Notes under the pieces: model-generated
Databases searched by the model: none
The model's input: only the letters and a program-made list of their open reading frames with translations
Told to the model about the DNA's origin: nothing
Program-made: the position numbers and the translations under genes
Part shown: piece by piece, positions 9,612-19,707 of the stretch
Layout: the number at the start of each line of letters is the position of its first letter
Numbering within the stretch: the first letter of the stretch is position 1
Assembly (NCBI GenBank): GCA_044226015.1
Contig: JBGAHS010000007.1
Span: 128,001 to 192,000 of the forward strand
DNA from: Candidatus Obscuribacteraceae bacterium
GTDB taxonomy: Bacteria > Cyanobacteriota > Vampirovibrionia > Obscuribacterales > Obscuribacteraceae
Direction of reading: 5' to 3'
Length of the DNA: 64,000 nucleotides

Positions 9612-12600
9612 TTACTCCGTCACGCTGGCTTTGCTGAAATTCTGCTTTGTCACAATCGGACCCAACACGCTGTCTACGACTTCCCTGTCGATTTCGGTGT
9701 CGCTCACAATCGTGATAAGGTTCTCTGGCTTAACCTTTGCGGACATTTTGCCGTAGAACTCAACAATGTCTTGCCATACCGGAAGTGTTATCTTCTGGCG
9801 AGAATGAAACTCGACAATGCGCTTGCCGTCCATGTAATGTTCGTTGCAATTGCCAATGTTCAGGTCGGCTATGAGCCATGCAATATAAGGGTCGTTATAG
9901 TGCTCTTCTGCCAGGCTTACCAGCGTCTCTCCGGGCGAGATCAGCCAGCTTGGGCGCAACAGAACTTGCGCTTTATTCTCTTCGTCCTGCGCTTCATCTC
10001 GGTAACGACGCTCACCAGATCCCTGCTTCTTCGCTGCCAGTGCATCTCTAAACGACTGGAATGGGTCATCCATAACGATGAAATCTTGCGAACCGAGAAG
10101 TGGACGCAAAGCCTCACCCATCGCATGCTTTTGTGTTTGGAACAGTCTGTCCAGCTTGCTTTCTGTGGGCATGGCGAAATTGCCGGCGCTCATTGCCTCT
10201 GCAGCAAGTGGCATCAATCGCGGTTGCGGCAACCCAAAGCTAACCTGTATGGGCTGTGAAACCTGACGTGTCTGCTCTTGCTTCGTTTCTTTGACCGGTC
10301 GTTGCTGTAGATCTGTTTTGGTTTCTCTGAATGCCTTCAAGATTTCCAAACGTCCGGAGCTGCTAAGCTGAACTTTTCGACCATCTCTTAGAGTTTCCAG
10401 TTGCAACTTGTTTTTCAGGTCAGTCAAATTCATTTGCTTATCGCTAAGCTTGAAGTTCGTTGCCGAGAATTTCAAACCGCCAGATGCGACTGGGTCTTTC
10501 AGCCTGTTCAGCTCTCGTTCGATTAGCTTTCTTGTTTCGTTATTGGCACCAGAATTGCCACCACTTGACGATTTGTCGGTTGGAAGCACGCGTCGAATTC
10601 CACCAGCAGCGAGCACCACTGCTAGTGTCACTTCGGCGATCATGTAACGACCTTCCGGAGTATGTCGCGTCTGCGAGGCGAGCGCTATGGCAGTCGCTTC
10701 ATTGGATGCTGTGCGAGTTCCGATGTCCACCAGGCGTACCGTTCGACCGGTGATTGGGTCTACTCTCAGCCCGTCTGACGAGCTGCTGCTCGTTCTGTTA
10801 TCTATAGGTCTGACAGCGGGCTCGAAGTTCCCCTTCGTGCCATTTTGAGCGACCACATTCTCATTTCTTCCGCCCTGAGACAGCGTGCCAGCCTGGTTGA
10901 TCTGAGAGCGAGCAGATTCGTTCTGCCGACCGCTCGACGATTGGTTCAACGCGCCGGCTAAAATCGCAGCAGTGTTTACTTTCGCTACTTCTGTTAGAAC
11001 GCTGCTCTTGCCGTTATCTTGTGCGGTTCTCGACTCCGTAGTCTTCGCTGTAGCCGTTGGGTCAAGCTTCGCTGTTGTTATTTCCGAGCGGAATATCTGT
11101 CCGTCGATTTTTGAAACGGTCATGGATACTGACGATAATTCTTTTGCATTCAATGGCTGCGGAATCATCTTGCTGACTGCTTCTGCAGGCACTTTGCTGC
11201 TCGCTTCTATTAGTGATTTCGCCATAGGTGTATTGGCATCTAGCGTCTTCAGTGCAGAAATCGCATTGCGTTCAAGGTTCACGATGAGCGAATTTTGCCC
11301 TGCTTTTGTTTGTACTTCGGCAAGCTTTGTTTCATTAGCCTTCGTCGCGCTATTTAGTGAGGACGCCGCTTCAGAGTACCGTCTTCCTTCAGCGTCTTTG
11401 CGTTCTCTCTCTATTCGGGCTTGTTCAGGGCTGTCGGTGCTTCTTTGCTCTTTAGGGGCTGTCTGCGCTTGCGAGTTTTCACGTTCAGTGGAAACTTGTG
11501 CCACTTTTGAATTCATCTTAAGTTCTTGTGAGCTGTCAGCTCCAGTACGGTCGGCAGCGTGAGTTACAGCTCCAGCACTTGCATTGAGAGTATTGTCTCT
11601 GGCGTTTGACCCATTCTGTTCTGTCACCATATGTGGTGCAGGACTCGTCTCGTTCGCTTGTACGATGCTTGGAGTTTCCGTGTAGGAAACGCGAGACACT
11701 TCAGTCATGCTTGGACTCAAAGCTTGTTTCTGGTCTGTAGTAGCTTTTTCGCCTGCTACGAAAGCTTTATCCAAGAGAGTTTCCGTGCGCGGCGCCGCCG
11801 TCACGCCGTCCATTAACTTGGAAGCCAGTGTGTTATCGACACGGTTTGGCTCGCTGATCGCCAACTTGTTTTCGCCTGCTGGCGTTGCAGGGGGCAATTC
11901 AGTTTTTGCTATGAGGTCGCTCTTCTGCTCAAGTGCTGAAGGTGCTTTGGTTGCTTCTTGTTTCGTGGACTCGCTTGCTTGAAGGGCTCTGATGTCGGCA
12001 ATGGTTTTGTTGCCATTTTCCAACTTGATGTCGGCTAGTTTGGGTGACTCAGCTGCGCCTGCTCCCTTAGCCTCAGCTCGAGCTGCATCCGTGCTGGGGG
12101 ATGGTTTCGTTTCTGCCTTCACGCCCTCTTGCGGCGCCGGCTTCGCCTCTGATGCTTGTTCGGGCGATTTTGCTGGCTTCGACTCAGCCACAAGCTCTGC
12201 TGATTTTGCTGGCTTCGGTTCCGCCAGAGACTTGCCTGCGTCAGAGTACCACTGCTTGATTTTCGATGGATCTTTAAGCGCTGCATCAACCGAGTCCGCG
12301 ATGTAACTGCCTGCGATTGCTCTCGTGGTTTCAACTGTCAGTTTTCTGGTTTGCTCGTAATCAGCGACTTTTGCTGCAGATTCAGAGTGGTACACCTCAC
12401 TCACGCCTCTGTCGGCGTCTGCGACGGTGACTCTGCCCTCTCTGACGGAGACGGTGCCGTTCAGTACCCGGCCTTCCTGGTCATTCGGCGTGGTCACGAG
12501 ATATTGGTCTTTGCCGTCAGAAGAGCCGATGTAGCGATAGCTGCGACCTTCTGACTCCAAGTGGTCTACTTTGCCGTCTTCGGTAAGCTTCAAATTAGAG

Positions 12601-13175
12601 TACTTCGTCGCTGACGCTTCAAACTCATGCGTTTTGCCAGTCGCGAAGTCTTGAACGACAACTTTGCCGTCCTTGACTGCTACGTGCCCATCAAAGTTTT
12701 CGGTGGATTCTTCGGAGTCACCTTTGACTCTAACGAACTTGTCGGTGCCGTTCTCGCCGGTGCCATCTTTCCTGAATTTGCCTAACGGGGTGCTGACTTC
12801 CTCAATAGACCCATCTTTGACTTCCAGGTTTTTGAAGCCGCCTTTATCGACTTTAGAGACTGCGTTTGAGACTGTGGCGATCGGGTTGCTGGCGAAGGTC
12901 GCTACTGAGACCAGTGCGTCGCCGAGCATCGACAGAGATTTTGCTGTCGCTGCCCCAGCCTGCTTGTCTGAAGAAGATTTGTAATCGTCGACGATGCCCG
13001 CGAGAAAGTTTTCGACACCGCTTGGAGTGTCGGATTTCTTGGAGTCTGAAGGAGAGTCCTTCTTGCCTGTTTTCTCTCCAAGCGAGTCTTCCCAGGCGCT
13101 GGTTTGAGCCTCTAAGTCGAAATCGAACTCTTCGAAAGAGTTCGTCTCTTTGCTGTCGCTGTTTTTCTCTACCAT
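9612..13175 (-). CDS. Large low-complexity protein with C-terminal LysM-like domain (1187 aa)
   Basis: C-terminal ISPGETLVSLAEEHYND...IADLN...QKITLP resembles LysM. Long Ala/Ser/Thr/Glu/Lys-rich centre; no signal peptide. Confidence 0.65.
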   Translation of the reverse strand: MVEKNSDSKETNSFEEFDFDLEAQTSAWEDSLGEKTGKKDSPSDSKKSDTPSGVENFLAGIVDDYKSSSDKQAGAATAKSLSMLGDALVSVATFASNPIATVSNAVSKVDKGGFKNLEVKDGSIEEVSTPLGKFRKDGTGENGTDKFVRVKGDSEESTENFDGHVAVKDGKVVVQDFATGKTHEFEASATKYSNLKLTEDGKVDHLESEGRSYRYIGSSDGKDQYLVTTPNDQEGRVLNGTVSVREGRVTVADADRGVSEVYHSESAAKVADYEQTRKLTVETTRAIAGSYIADSVDAALKDPSKIKQWYSDAGKSLAEPKPAKSAELVAESKPAKSPEQASEAKPAPQEGVKAETKPSPSTDAARAEAKGAGAAESPKLADIKLENGNKTIADIRALQASESTKQEATKAPSALEQKSDLIAKTELPPATPAGENKLAISEPNRVDNTLASKLMDGVTAAPRTETLLDKAFVAGEKATTDQKQALSPSMTEVSRVSYTETPSIVQANETSPAPHMVTEQNGSNARDNTLNASAGAVTHAADRTGADSSQELKMNSKVAQVSTERENSQAQTAPKEQRSTDSPEQARIERERKDAEGRRYSEAASSLNSATKANETKLAEVQTKAGQNSLIVNLERNAISALKTLDANTPMAKSLIEASSKVPAEAVSKMIPQPLNAKELSSVSMTVSKIDGQIFRSEITTAKLDPTATAKTTESRTAQDNGKSSVLTEVAKVNTAAILAGALNQSSSGRQNESARSQINQAGTLSQGGRNENVVAQNGTKGNFEPAVRPIDNRTSSSSSDGLRVDPITGRTVRLVDIGTRTASNEATAIALASQTRHTPEGRYMIAEVTLAVVLAAGGIRRVLPTDKSSSGGNSGANNETRKLIERELNRLKDPVASGGLKFSATNFKLSDKQMNLTDLKNKLQLETLRDGRKVQLSSSGRLEILKAFRETKTDLQQRPVKETKQEQTRQVSQPIQVSFGLPQPRLMPLAAEAMSAGNFAMPTESKLDRLFQTQKHAMGEALRPLLGSQDFIVMDDPFQSFRDALAAKKQGSGERRYRDEAQDEENKAQVLLRPSWLISPGETLVSLAEEHYNDPYIAWLIADLNIGNCNEHYMDGKRIVEFHSRQKITLPVWQDIVEFYGKMSAKVKPENLITIVSDTEIDREVVDSVLGPIVTKQNFSKASVTE

Positions 13176-13497
13176 CGGTCTCGACCGTCCCAGTTGCCTG
13201 AACGCCCTATGTCAAGACCAGCCCGAATTGATAATACACCTGCCCGCGGGGTTTTGGACAGCAATTTAATCTAGCCAGCGATTTGTTGCCGATCTTGTTA
13301 CTAAATTATTCCCAATATCAACGTCCATCAAGCGGTTTACGGAATTTTCTCTGTACGGCAACCCGGTGTGTTTGGAAGCTTAAATCACAAAATTAATGTG
13401 GATTCGGCACCGAGATTTCTGTAGTCCATTTTACTTTTCTTCGAAGTGGTGAGAAACCGTATATCTCTAATTGCAATTCAGCGGTTATAGTTGAAGA

Positions 13498-16400
13498 ATG
13501 CTTCCTCGAAACCGTGGAGTTGTAGGCTTCATGCCACAATTTTCGTTCTCAAAAAATGCGAATACTGTTCGCTCGCATATTCTGCCAGTTGCCAGCTTAA
13601 GCCTGGCACTCTCATTTTCTTTGTACTCATCAGCACAAGCTGAGACCAGGCCTGGAAGTGAAGCCACCACTGGTAGTGTTCCTCTGATTATCAATTCTGC
13701 GTTGACTTCGGGCTTAGATGTGCCAGCGGACACAACAGTTCTTGTCGATTTTGGAACCTTAGGAAACAACAAGGGTTCAAGTGGCATTCTCAATATCACC
13801 GGTGGTGCTCTGGTAAATCATGGAAACATGTATTTGTATTCCAGCAACCCTCAAATCACCAAGGGGGTCATGAATCTAGGCGGCGGCGATTTTACCAATA
13901 ATTCGCTCATAACTTCAAAAAACATCCCAACTGATGTTTTGCTAAACAATAACTTGAGCAATCTAGTTTCCAATTTCAATCTCAGTTTTATTAACGTTAA
14001 CCATTTCACGAACGCTGCAAATGCGGTAATTTCGTCAGCAGGAAGCATGTGTATTAATGCAGCCGACATTACTAATAATGGAACGCTTTCAGCAAACTCG
14101 ATGAACTTGACGGCGCTGAACTTCATTAACAATACTGGTACTGCACAAGCTAATCTCGCCATGGCGCTCAGTGCTCCGCAGGTGTCAAATTCTGGAAGTC
14201 TACTCGCCAATTCTCTTACCATTACTACTGCAAATATTATAAACAGTGGTTTGTTGGAAGCTTCAGAGCTACGCATCTTGAGTGGTGTTACGGATGCCAT
14301 TCAATTGAATAACAACAATGGTCATATAGATATCTCTGGTGCAGTTCAAATCATTGCAGGTTCAGGTTCTCCTCCGAGTTCTCTTATTGGATCTGTGTTG
14401 AACATAAGCGGTGGCATAATAGACTCGAACTCCATTTCCATAATTGCTGCTGGTGGAACAGCCAAAATTGCTGTCGATTCTCTTGCAGGAAAGGTATCTC
14501 TTATTGCCCAGACCATCAACTTAACTGCTAATTCTGGCAATATAACGATTCAGAGTATCAACAACATATCGAGTGAAAGCAAAGCACCTAGCACGAGCCC
14601 CTCAGTAAATGTTGTAGTCAACGATGGCGACTTGAATCTTGGAACAATCTTCTTTAGCGGTAGTAATTACAGTCCTGATTACATTACGAACGGCAGCATA
14701 AGTGCTGTCGCCTCGGGCAGCATTTACTCAACTGCGAGCACCCAGAAAGCTGGCTCCTCCATTTCGACCAATGGAGGAGTTGTCACGCTTAAAGCTGGCT
14801 GGGACTCGAAAGCCGGCGCTGCGTCCAAGAGTGGTGGTGATATCAATCTTGGGCACTTAAGTTTTGCCACTAATGGTGGTGATTTTAAAGCACTGGCATA
14901 TTCCGGAGATACAAATAAGGGAGCGCTCTCTCTTGGAGCTGTGAATTCTTCGAAAACTGCTATGTCTTCCTCGACGCAGAGCTCTTCCGGTGGAAATGTC
15001 GAAATATCGGCTAGCTCTGATATATCGACGGGGGCAATTTTTGCAAATGCTACTGCAAATAATATCTCTGGGCTCACCAACACCGGTAATGGTGGCAATA
15101 TTCTGCTTAGCAGTCTTAATGGTTCGATTGCAGTTGGCGACATTGCAAGTACTGGTGCCAACTCAGGTTCTGTGATGAAGGCTCAGAATGGTGGCACCAC
15201 CAATACAGGCGGAGGAATTGTCTCTTCTGGGGGTGGCATCGTCCTTGGTGCGGGAGGTTCTGCTAGTGGAGGTACTGTTACCATCACTTCAGGAGTCAGC
15301 CTCAATTCTAGTGGCTCTAGCATTAACCTTTCGGGAACTGTTATATCGATTCCCACTCCTGGGGTTAGCGGTGGTGTGTCTGCGCCAGGCAATGGTGGCA
15401 ATATCACCGTGAATGCGCCTTCTGGGACAGTGACAGCGGGCAATGTTGCCAGCACCGGAGGCTCGGGTAATACTTCAACGACTTACTTTGCTGGAGCTGA
15501 CGGGGGCCGAATAACTATTCTTGGCAGGGAAAGCAAGGTTAGTTCGGTATCTTCTATCGGAGGCACTGCAGGCAATTCCGGCTCAAACCCCATTAACTCC
15601 ACTTCTAAGGGGCTGCCCGGAGGAAGCGCAGGCGATATAGTTGTTAGTGGTGCCAGGGCGCTTCAAATAGGAAAAGTAGATTCTATTGGTGGAAATGGTG
15701 GCAGCTGTGTTAATTGCGCTAGCATAATTCTATCCACCGGCAATATTGGATTAACCATTCCTGGAAGAAACAGTTCGGCGTCGACCTGGCGAGGTGTAGG
15801 TGGAAGTGGCGGAAATGGTGGCGACATCACGCTGTCTTCGTCTTTGGGAGAGCTCTCTCTCGGCGGCACTGTCCGGTCTGCCGGTGGACAGGGAGGTGCA
15901 GGTGGTGCTAGTGGTGGCGCTGGTGGTGATGGTGGAGCTATCACCATATCAAGCCGAGGCAATATAAGCAGTTCCAAGGCTATTTCTATAGCTTCGACTG
16001 CTGGAATTTCAGGAGAGTCAAAATCAGGCGCCGTAGTCGCTGGAAGCGATGGTGGAAATGTCTCCATCTATAGTGTTTCCAATATTTTGCTTGGGTCTGG
16101 CTCTGCAATAAGCTCAAATGGATATGGAAAGGGTGCACACTCTGGAAATATCTCATTAACCGCACGTGGTGGCATCAGGTATTACTTTCCAGAATTGAGA
16201 GGTGCCAAAACCATATATGGTGCCGCCGCGACGGATGACAATGCAGCACTTGTTTTGACGCCAATTTATATGGATCCTCCCATTGGACGGCCTAATCCGT
16301 ATCCGCCGTTTTTTGCTGGTGGTCAGATTACAGTTGGTAAGCTCGACTCATCTGGTCACGCAGGTGCAAATGGCGGCAACATATCAGTGCTGAGTTCGAC

Positions 16401-17907
16401 TGCTCTAATAGGTGATGCCTCGAACAACGTATCAATTGATAGCTCTAGCTATTCGTCCGTCAACAGCTCCACCTATGGTGGCGGATCTGCAGGGAATGTG
16501 CATATTACAACCAGTTCGATGGCTCCCTTCGTGATTGGCAGTCCTACAGGCAACGGTAGCTTTGGTTCAATTCTTGCAAACGGGCGAACTGGCGGACGTG
16601 TCGAGCTGGAGAACATCGGCGGTCAGGAATTACAAGCTGGTTCTGGCATTTATGCTAACGGCACATTTGGCGCGGGCGGAAACGTTCTATTTGAATCGGG
16701 ACTCAGGACATACATCTATTACCCAACAGCGACATCAGCAATTAGTAGAATATTGCCGCCGTTTCCTGTGGTCATCACTGGTATGACTCTCAGCAGCAAG
16801 ATAGATGGCGTCGTACAGGCTACTAACGTCAATGGCAATTCCGGACGCATAGGGTTCAATGCTGGTCCAAAGGGAATTCTGAATATTAGCGGAAAGGGCA
16901 AACTGAATGCAGGCGAATTTGTCAGTGTTGGTAATTTGAACAGCAATTTGACGCTAGCATCTTCTAAGTCCGGCAAGTTGAACCCGGTGCCTTTCGCTCT
17001 CAGTATTTTACATGGTTCGTTCAAATGCAATGCTTCAAATTGCGGAGCTACATCTAAACCCGCTACTCCGCCAAGTTCCTCTAGTTTGTTTGTGAATTTG
17101 AGCAACTTGAATGTGCCGACAATTCAATTGCCGACTTTAAATTCGGGACTGCCTTCGACAGATTCCTTGAACAAAACGGTGAACCTGATTAGCTACCCGA
17201 CAAACACTACACAAGTTGGTACGAGTCTTTATCTCGGTGCTGCCGAGGATGAAGAGAAGCGCTCAATTTGTGTTGATGTAGATAATGAATTCAAGCCGGT
17301 AAGCAAATCTGAAATCTACGTTATTGCACCACCTTCCATGCAACGCGTTGAATCTGTTACCTGCAATACGAGGTATTTTAAAGGCAGTGCTGAAAGTCAA
17401 AATGGAAAGCTTTCGCTTGCAAATGGCGAATATGTTCTGAGCGCCAATAATGGCGATCTGCATGTTGTGGCAGGAGCTTATCAGATTGATATGAAACAAG
17501 ATTCTGTTTTGTTTGTGCATTTTGAAAACGATTTGATTAAGGTTCTCAATCTTCACGAAACCAGTTTGGGATCCGTCTCCATACAGTTTGGTGGACGCCT
17601 GTCAAAGATTGCAGCCGGACAAGAACTCATCGTTAGCAAGAATGCCAGCGACTCAAGGCTAAGCATGCGACGCGATGGTATCGGTCGGCGCGGAACAGTC
17701 CATACCGTATTGAACAACGAAGGGCTGCACGTCACTAACTCTGAGTTTTCAATTGCATCGCTGATACAGGCCAATGATTTGATGCATCACGTCTATCAAA
17801 GTAAGGAAAAGAAAGACAGACGAGATATTGCAAGAATTTTGAAGATGCATGCATGCTTGCATCAACTTACATTGTCTCGCGGCGTCTACAAGCTTGCTCA
17901 GCCTTAG
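13498..17907 (+). CDS. Secreted Gly/Ser/Asn-rich filamentous-haemagglutinin-like beta-helix protein with a possible FecR-like C-terminal domain (start may be 13531)
   Basis: Signal peptide ending SSAQA and many GG(N/D)(I/V)x(I/L) repeats. The C-terminal ~200 aa form a compositionally distinct beta-rich domain. Confidence 0.7.
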   Translation: MLPRNRGVVGFMPQFSFSKNANTVRSHILPVASLSLALSFSLYSSAQAETRPGSEATTGSVPLIINSALTSGLDVPADTTVLVDFGTLGNNKGSSGILNITGGALVNHGNMYLYSSNPQITKGVMNLGGGDFTNNSLITSKNIPTDVLLNNNLSNLVSNFNLSFINVNHFTNAANAVISSAGSMCINAADITNNGTLSANSMNLTALNFINNTGTAQANLAMALSAPQVSNSGSLLANSLTITTANIINSGLLEASELRILSGVTDAIQLNNNNGHIDISGAVQIIAGSGSPPSSLIGSVLNISGGIIDSNSISIIAAGGTAKIAVDSLAGKVSLIAQTINLTANSGNITIQSINNISSESKAPSTSPSVNVVVNDGDLNLGTIFFSGSNYSPDYITNGSISAVASGSIYSTASTQKAGSSISTNGGVVTLKAGWDSKAGAASKSGGDINLGHLSFATNGGDFKALAYSGDTNKGALSLGAVNSSKTAMSSSTQSSSGGNVEISASSDISTGAIFANATANNISGLTNTGNGGNILLSSLNGSIAVGDIASTGANSGSVMKAQNGGTTNTGGGIVSSGGGIVLGAGGSASGGTVTITSGVSLNSSGSSINLSGTVISIPTPGVSGGVSAPGNGGNITVNAPSGTVTAGNVASTGGSGNTSTTYFAGADGGRITILGRESKVSSVSSIGGTAGNSGSNPINSTSKGLPGGSAGDIVVSGARALQIGKVDSIGGNGGSCVNCASIILSTGNIGLTIPGRNSSASTWRGVGGSGGNGGDITLSSSLGELSLGGTVRSAGGQGGAGGASGGAGGDGGAITISSRGNISSSKAISIASTAGISGESKSGAVVAGSDGGNVSIYSVSNILLGSGSAISSNGYGKGAHSGNISLTARGGIRYYFPELRGAKTIYGAAATDDNAALVLTPIYMDPPIGRPNPYPPFFAGGQITVGKLDSSGHAGANGGNISVLSSTALIGDASNNVSIDSSSYSSVNSSTYGGGSAGNVHITTSSMAPFVIGSPTGNGSFGSILANGRTGGRVELENIGGQELQAGSGIYANGTFGAGGNVLFESGLRTYIYYPTATSAISRILPPFPVVITGMTLSSKIDGVVQATNVNGNSGRIGFNAGPKGILNISGKGKLNAGEFVSVGNLNSNLTLASSKSGKLNPVPFALSILHGSFKCNASNCGATSKPATPPSSSSLFVNLSNLNVPTIQLPTLNSGLPSTDSLNKTVNLISYPTNTTQVGTSLYLGAAEDEEKRSICVDVDNEFKPVSKSEIYVIAPPSMQRVESVTCNTRYFKGSAESQNGKLSLANGEYVLSANNGDLHVVAGAYQIDMKQDSVLFVHFENDLIKVLNLHETSLGSVSIQFGGRLSKIAAGQELIVSKNASDSRLSMRRDGIGRRGTVHTVLNNEGLHVTNSEFSIASLIQANDLMHHVYQSKEKKDRRDIARILKMHACLHQLTLSRGVYKLAQP

Positions 17908-17951
17908 CTCATTGAATTGATGAAGTACCTATGTACGAAGTCCGGGGTGAC

Positions 17952-18005
17952 GCCGGCATCCTGCCGGCATTGAAGCGAGTCTGGGAGCACCGGTATCCTG
18001 CCGGC
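17952..18005. repeat. REP-like palindrome doublet
   Basis: GCCGGC-ATCCT-GCCGGC at 17952-17968 and GGGAGCACCGGT-ATCCT-GCCGGC at 17983-18005, between convergent genes. Confidence 0.75.
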
Positions 18006-18015
18006 TACTTAAGCC

Positions 18016-19578
18016 TTACTTGAATCGAATTAGTGGCACTTCGGGAATTACTGGCGCTGAACTACCTTCTTCGCCTTCTTCAGTACTGGTATCAGATGCG
18101 GTATCGCTGGGCGGATGACTTTCATTGAATATCTCTGCAGCCGGGCGTGGCATCGACCAGCGATCTGGATTTCCAGCTTCTTTCAGTTTGCGGCGAATTC
18201 CCTCGCCTGCAAGCATTCCAGAACTGGCAGCTTGTCCAACTCCACGAGTCCAACTGCTCGAGTCTCCAACAATGTAGAGATTGGAAATGTTAGTTTCCAT
18301 GTTTTTGCTAACAACAATGGAGTCAGGATAGCTCTTCACCTCTGGTGCGTAAAGCAAGGTTGATTCACCTGCTACGCCTGGGCAAATTTTATCGAGGGCA
18401 TCAAGATATTCCACGATGCTTTCAAGAATTCTATGTGGGTATGCCAGCGAGATGTCTCCAGGTTCTGCCTCCAGAGTAGGTCTGATGAGGTTATTCACCA
18501 TGGTTTTGCTGCGTCGACCGTTCCGCAAATCACCCAGTCTTTGAATCAGCGGACCGCCGCCAGCCAGCATATTTGTGACTTTGGCAATGTGCTGTGAATA
18601 CTGCTGAGGATTTTTGAAGGGACGCGTGAAGGTTTTCGAAACCAGAACCGCAAAGTTGTTATTCTCTGATTTTTCAAACATCTTGCTGTGACCATTTACC
18701 AGAACATATTCTCTGTGATTTTCTGGCGTCACAAATCCCTTTGGATTCGAACAGAAGTTCCGCACAACATCATTCGATCTCTTGCTTAAGTAATAAAGCT
18801 TAGGCTCGTAAAATCGTTTATCAACTTCTTCAGTAAAATAGCAACTGGTTTCGACTCTAACACCGATATCAACCTGTCCGGGTGTGGTCTCAAGGTCTTT
18901 ATAGAATTCTTGCTGTGTTAGCCAGTTTGCGCCGCCTCTGCCAACAGAGAGTATGCACATGTCGAAGACAAGTTCTTCTTCTTTTTCGGCTCGACGGTAG
19001 CGATCATGCACCACTACAAATTTGTCTTCTCGTCTCGTGACTGAGGCTACTTTTCTGTCCCAATGGAAGACTATGTTCTGTCCACGACTCATGATGTCGT
19101 TGAGAATACTTGTGTTAATTGCTGGCGCATTATCAGAGCCGCAATGCAAAAGTTCTTGGAAGTGATAAGTCATACCGGCAAGTGTGGCGCGTTTCTTGAT
19201 CCAATCAAGATCTTCCTGGTTTGGTCGCACCACTGGAATTTCAACTGGCGCATGTTCAAGAATCAAGCGACGAAGTTTGTCCAGGCGTGATTGCAGTTCT
19301 TTCTCGCCAACGAGGTCGTAGAGTCTGCCACCAATTACCGGTGAAGCTGAGAGAATAACTTTGAAGTCGTTCCAGCTTCCAGCTGATTGTCCGGGGGCGC
19401 AATAGCTGCACGCTTTTGGAGGGCACACAGTCAACTTGCCCTGGTCGATTGGGCAGGCATAACGTTTGTCGTAGGTCGGACCCACATCGAAAACATGAAC
19501 CTCAATATCGGCTCCGGCAAGCTCTTCAAGACAGAAAAGCCCGGAAGCACCGAGTCCAACAAGCGCAAGCTTGAGCAT
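18016..19578 (-). CDS. NAD(P)/FAD-dependent oxidoreductase (COG2509-like)
   Basis: N-terminal GLGASG Rossmann motif, Cys cluster, VDIGVRVE, FCSNPKGFV, VNGHS, LYAPEVK, and NLYIVGD FAD motif. Confidence 0.85.
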   Translation of the reverse strand: MLKLALVGLGASGLFCLEELAGADIEVHVFDVGPTYDKRYACPIDQGKLTVCPPKACSYCAPGQSAGSWNDFKVILSASPVIGGRLYDLVGEKELQSRLDKLRRLILEHAPVEIPVVRPNQEDLDWIKKRATLAGMTYHFQELLHCGSDNAPAINTSILNDIMSRGQNIVFHWDRKVASVTRREDKFVVVHDRYRRAEKEEELVFDMCILSVGRGGANWLTQQEFYKDLETTPGQVDIGVRVETSCYFTEEVDKRFYEPKLYYLSKRSNDVVRNFCSNPKGFVTPENHREYVLVNGHSKMFEKSENNNFAVLVSKTFTRPFKNPQQYSQHIAKVTNMLAGGGPLIQRLGDLRNGRRSKTMVNNLIRPTLEAEPGDISLAYPHRILESIVEYLDALDKICPGVAGESTLLYAPEVKSYPDSIVVSKNMETNISNLYIVGDSSSWTRGVGQAASSGMLAGEGIRRKLKEAGNPDRWSMPRPAAEIFNESHPPSDTASDTSTEEGEEGSSAPVIPEVPLIRFK

Positions 19579-19707
19579 AGCAATCCCCTATTCGGGCGGA
19601 TCTTGAGTCTGGTATGAATCCTGAAACTTCCCGCCGCACTAGATGATAGCATTTTTGCTGCAGTTGCTAAGAGAATTTCCGCTTATGTAAAGGCTGGGAA
19701 TTGCCGA

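Noticed and set aside
10972..12984. Long + strand ORFs (196, 104 and 106 aa) opposite the 1187-aa gene
   Set aside because: They are Ser/Ala/Phe-rich antisense shadows of a low-complexity coding strand. The same applies to shadows opposite the 1469-aa, 442-aa and 1517-aa genes.
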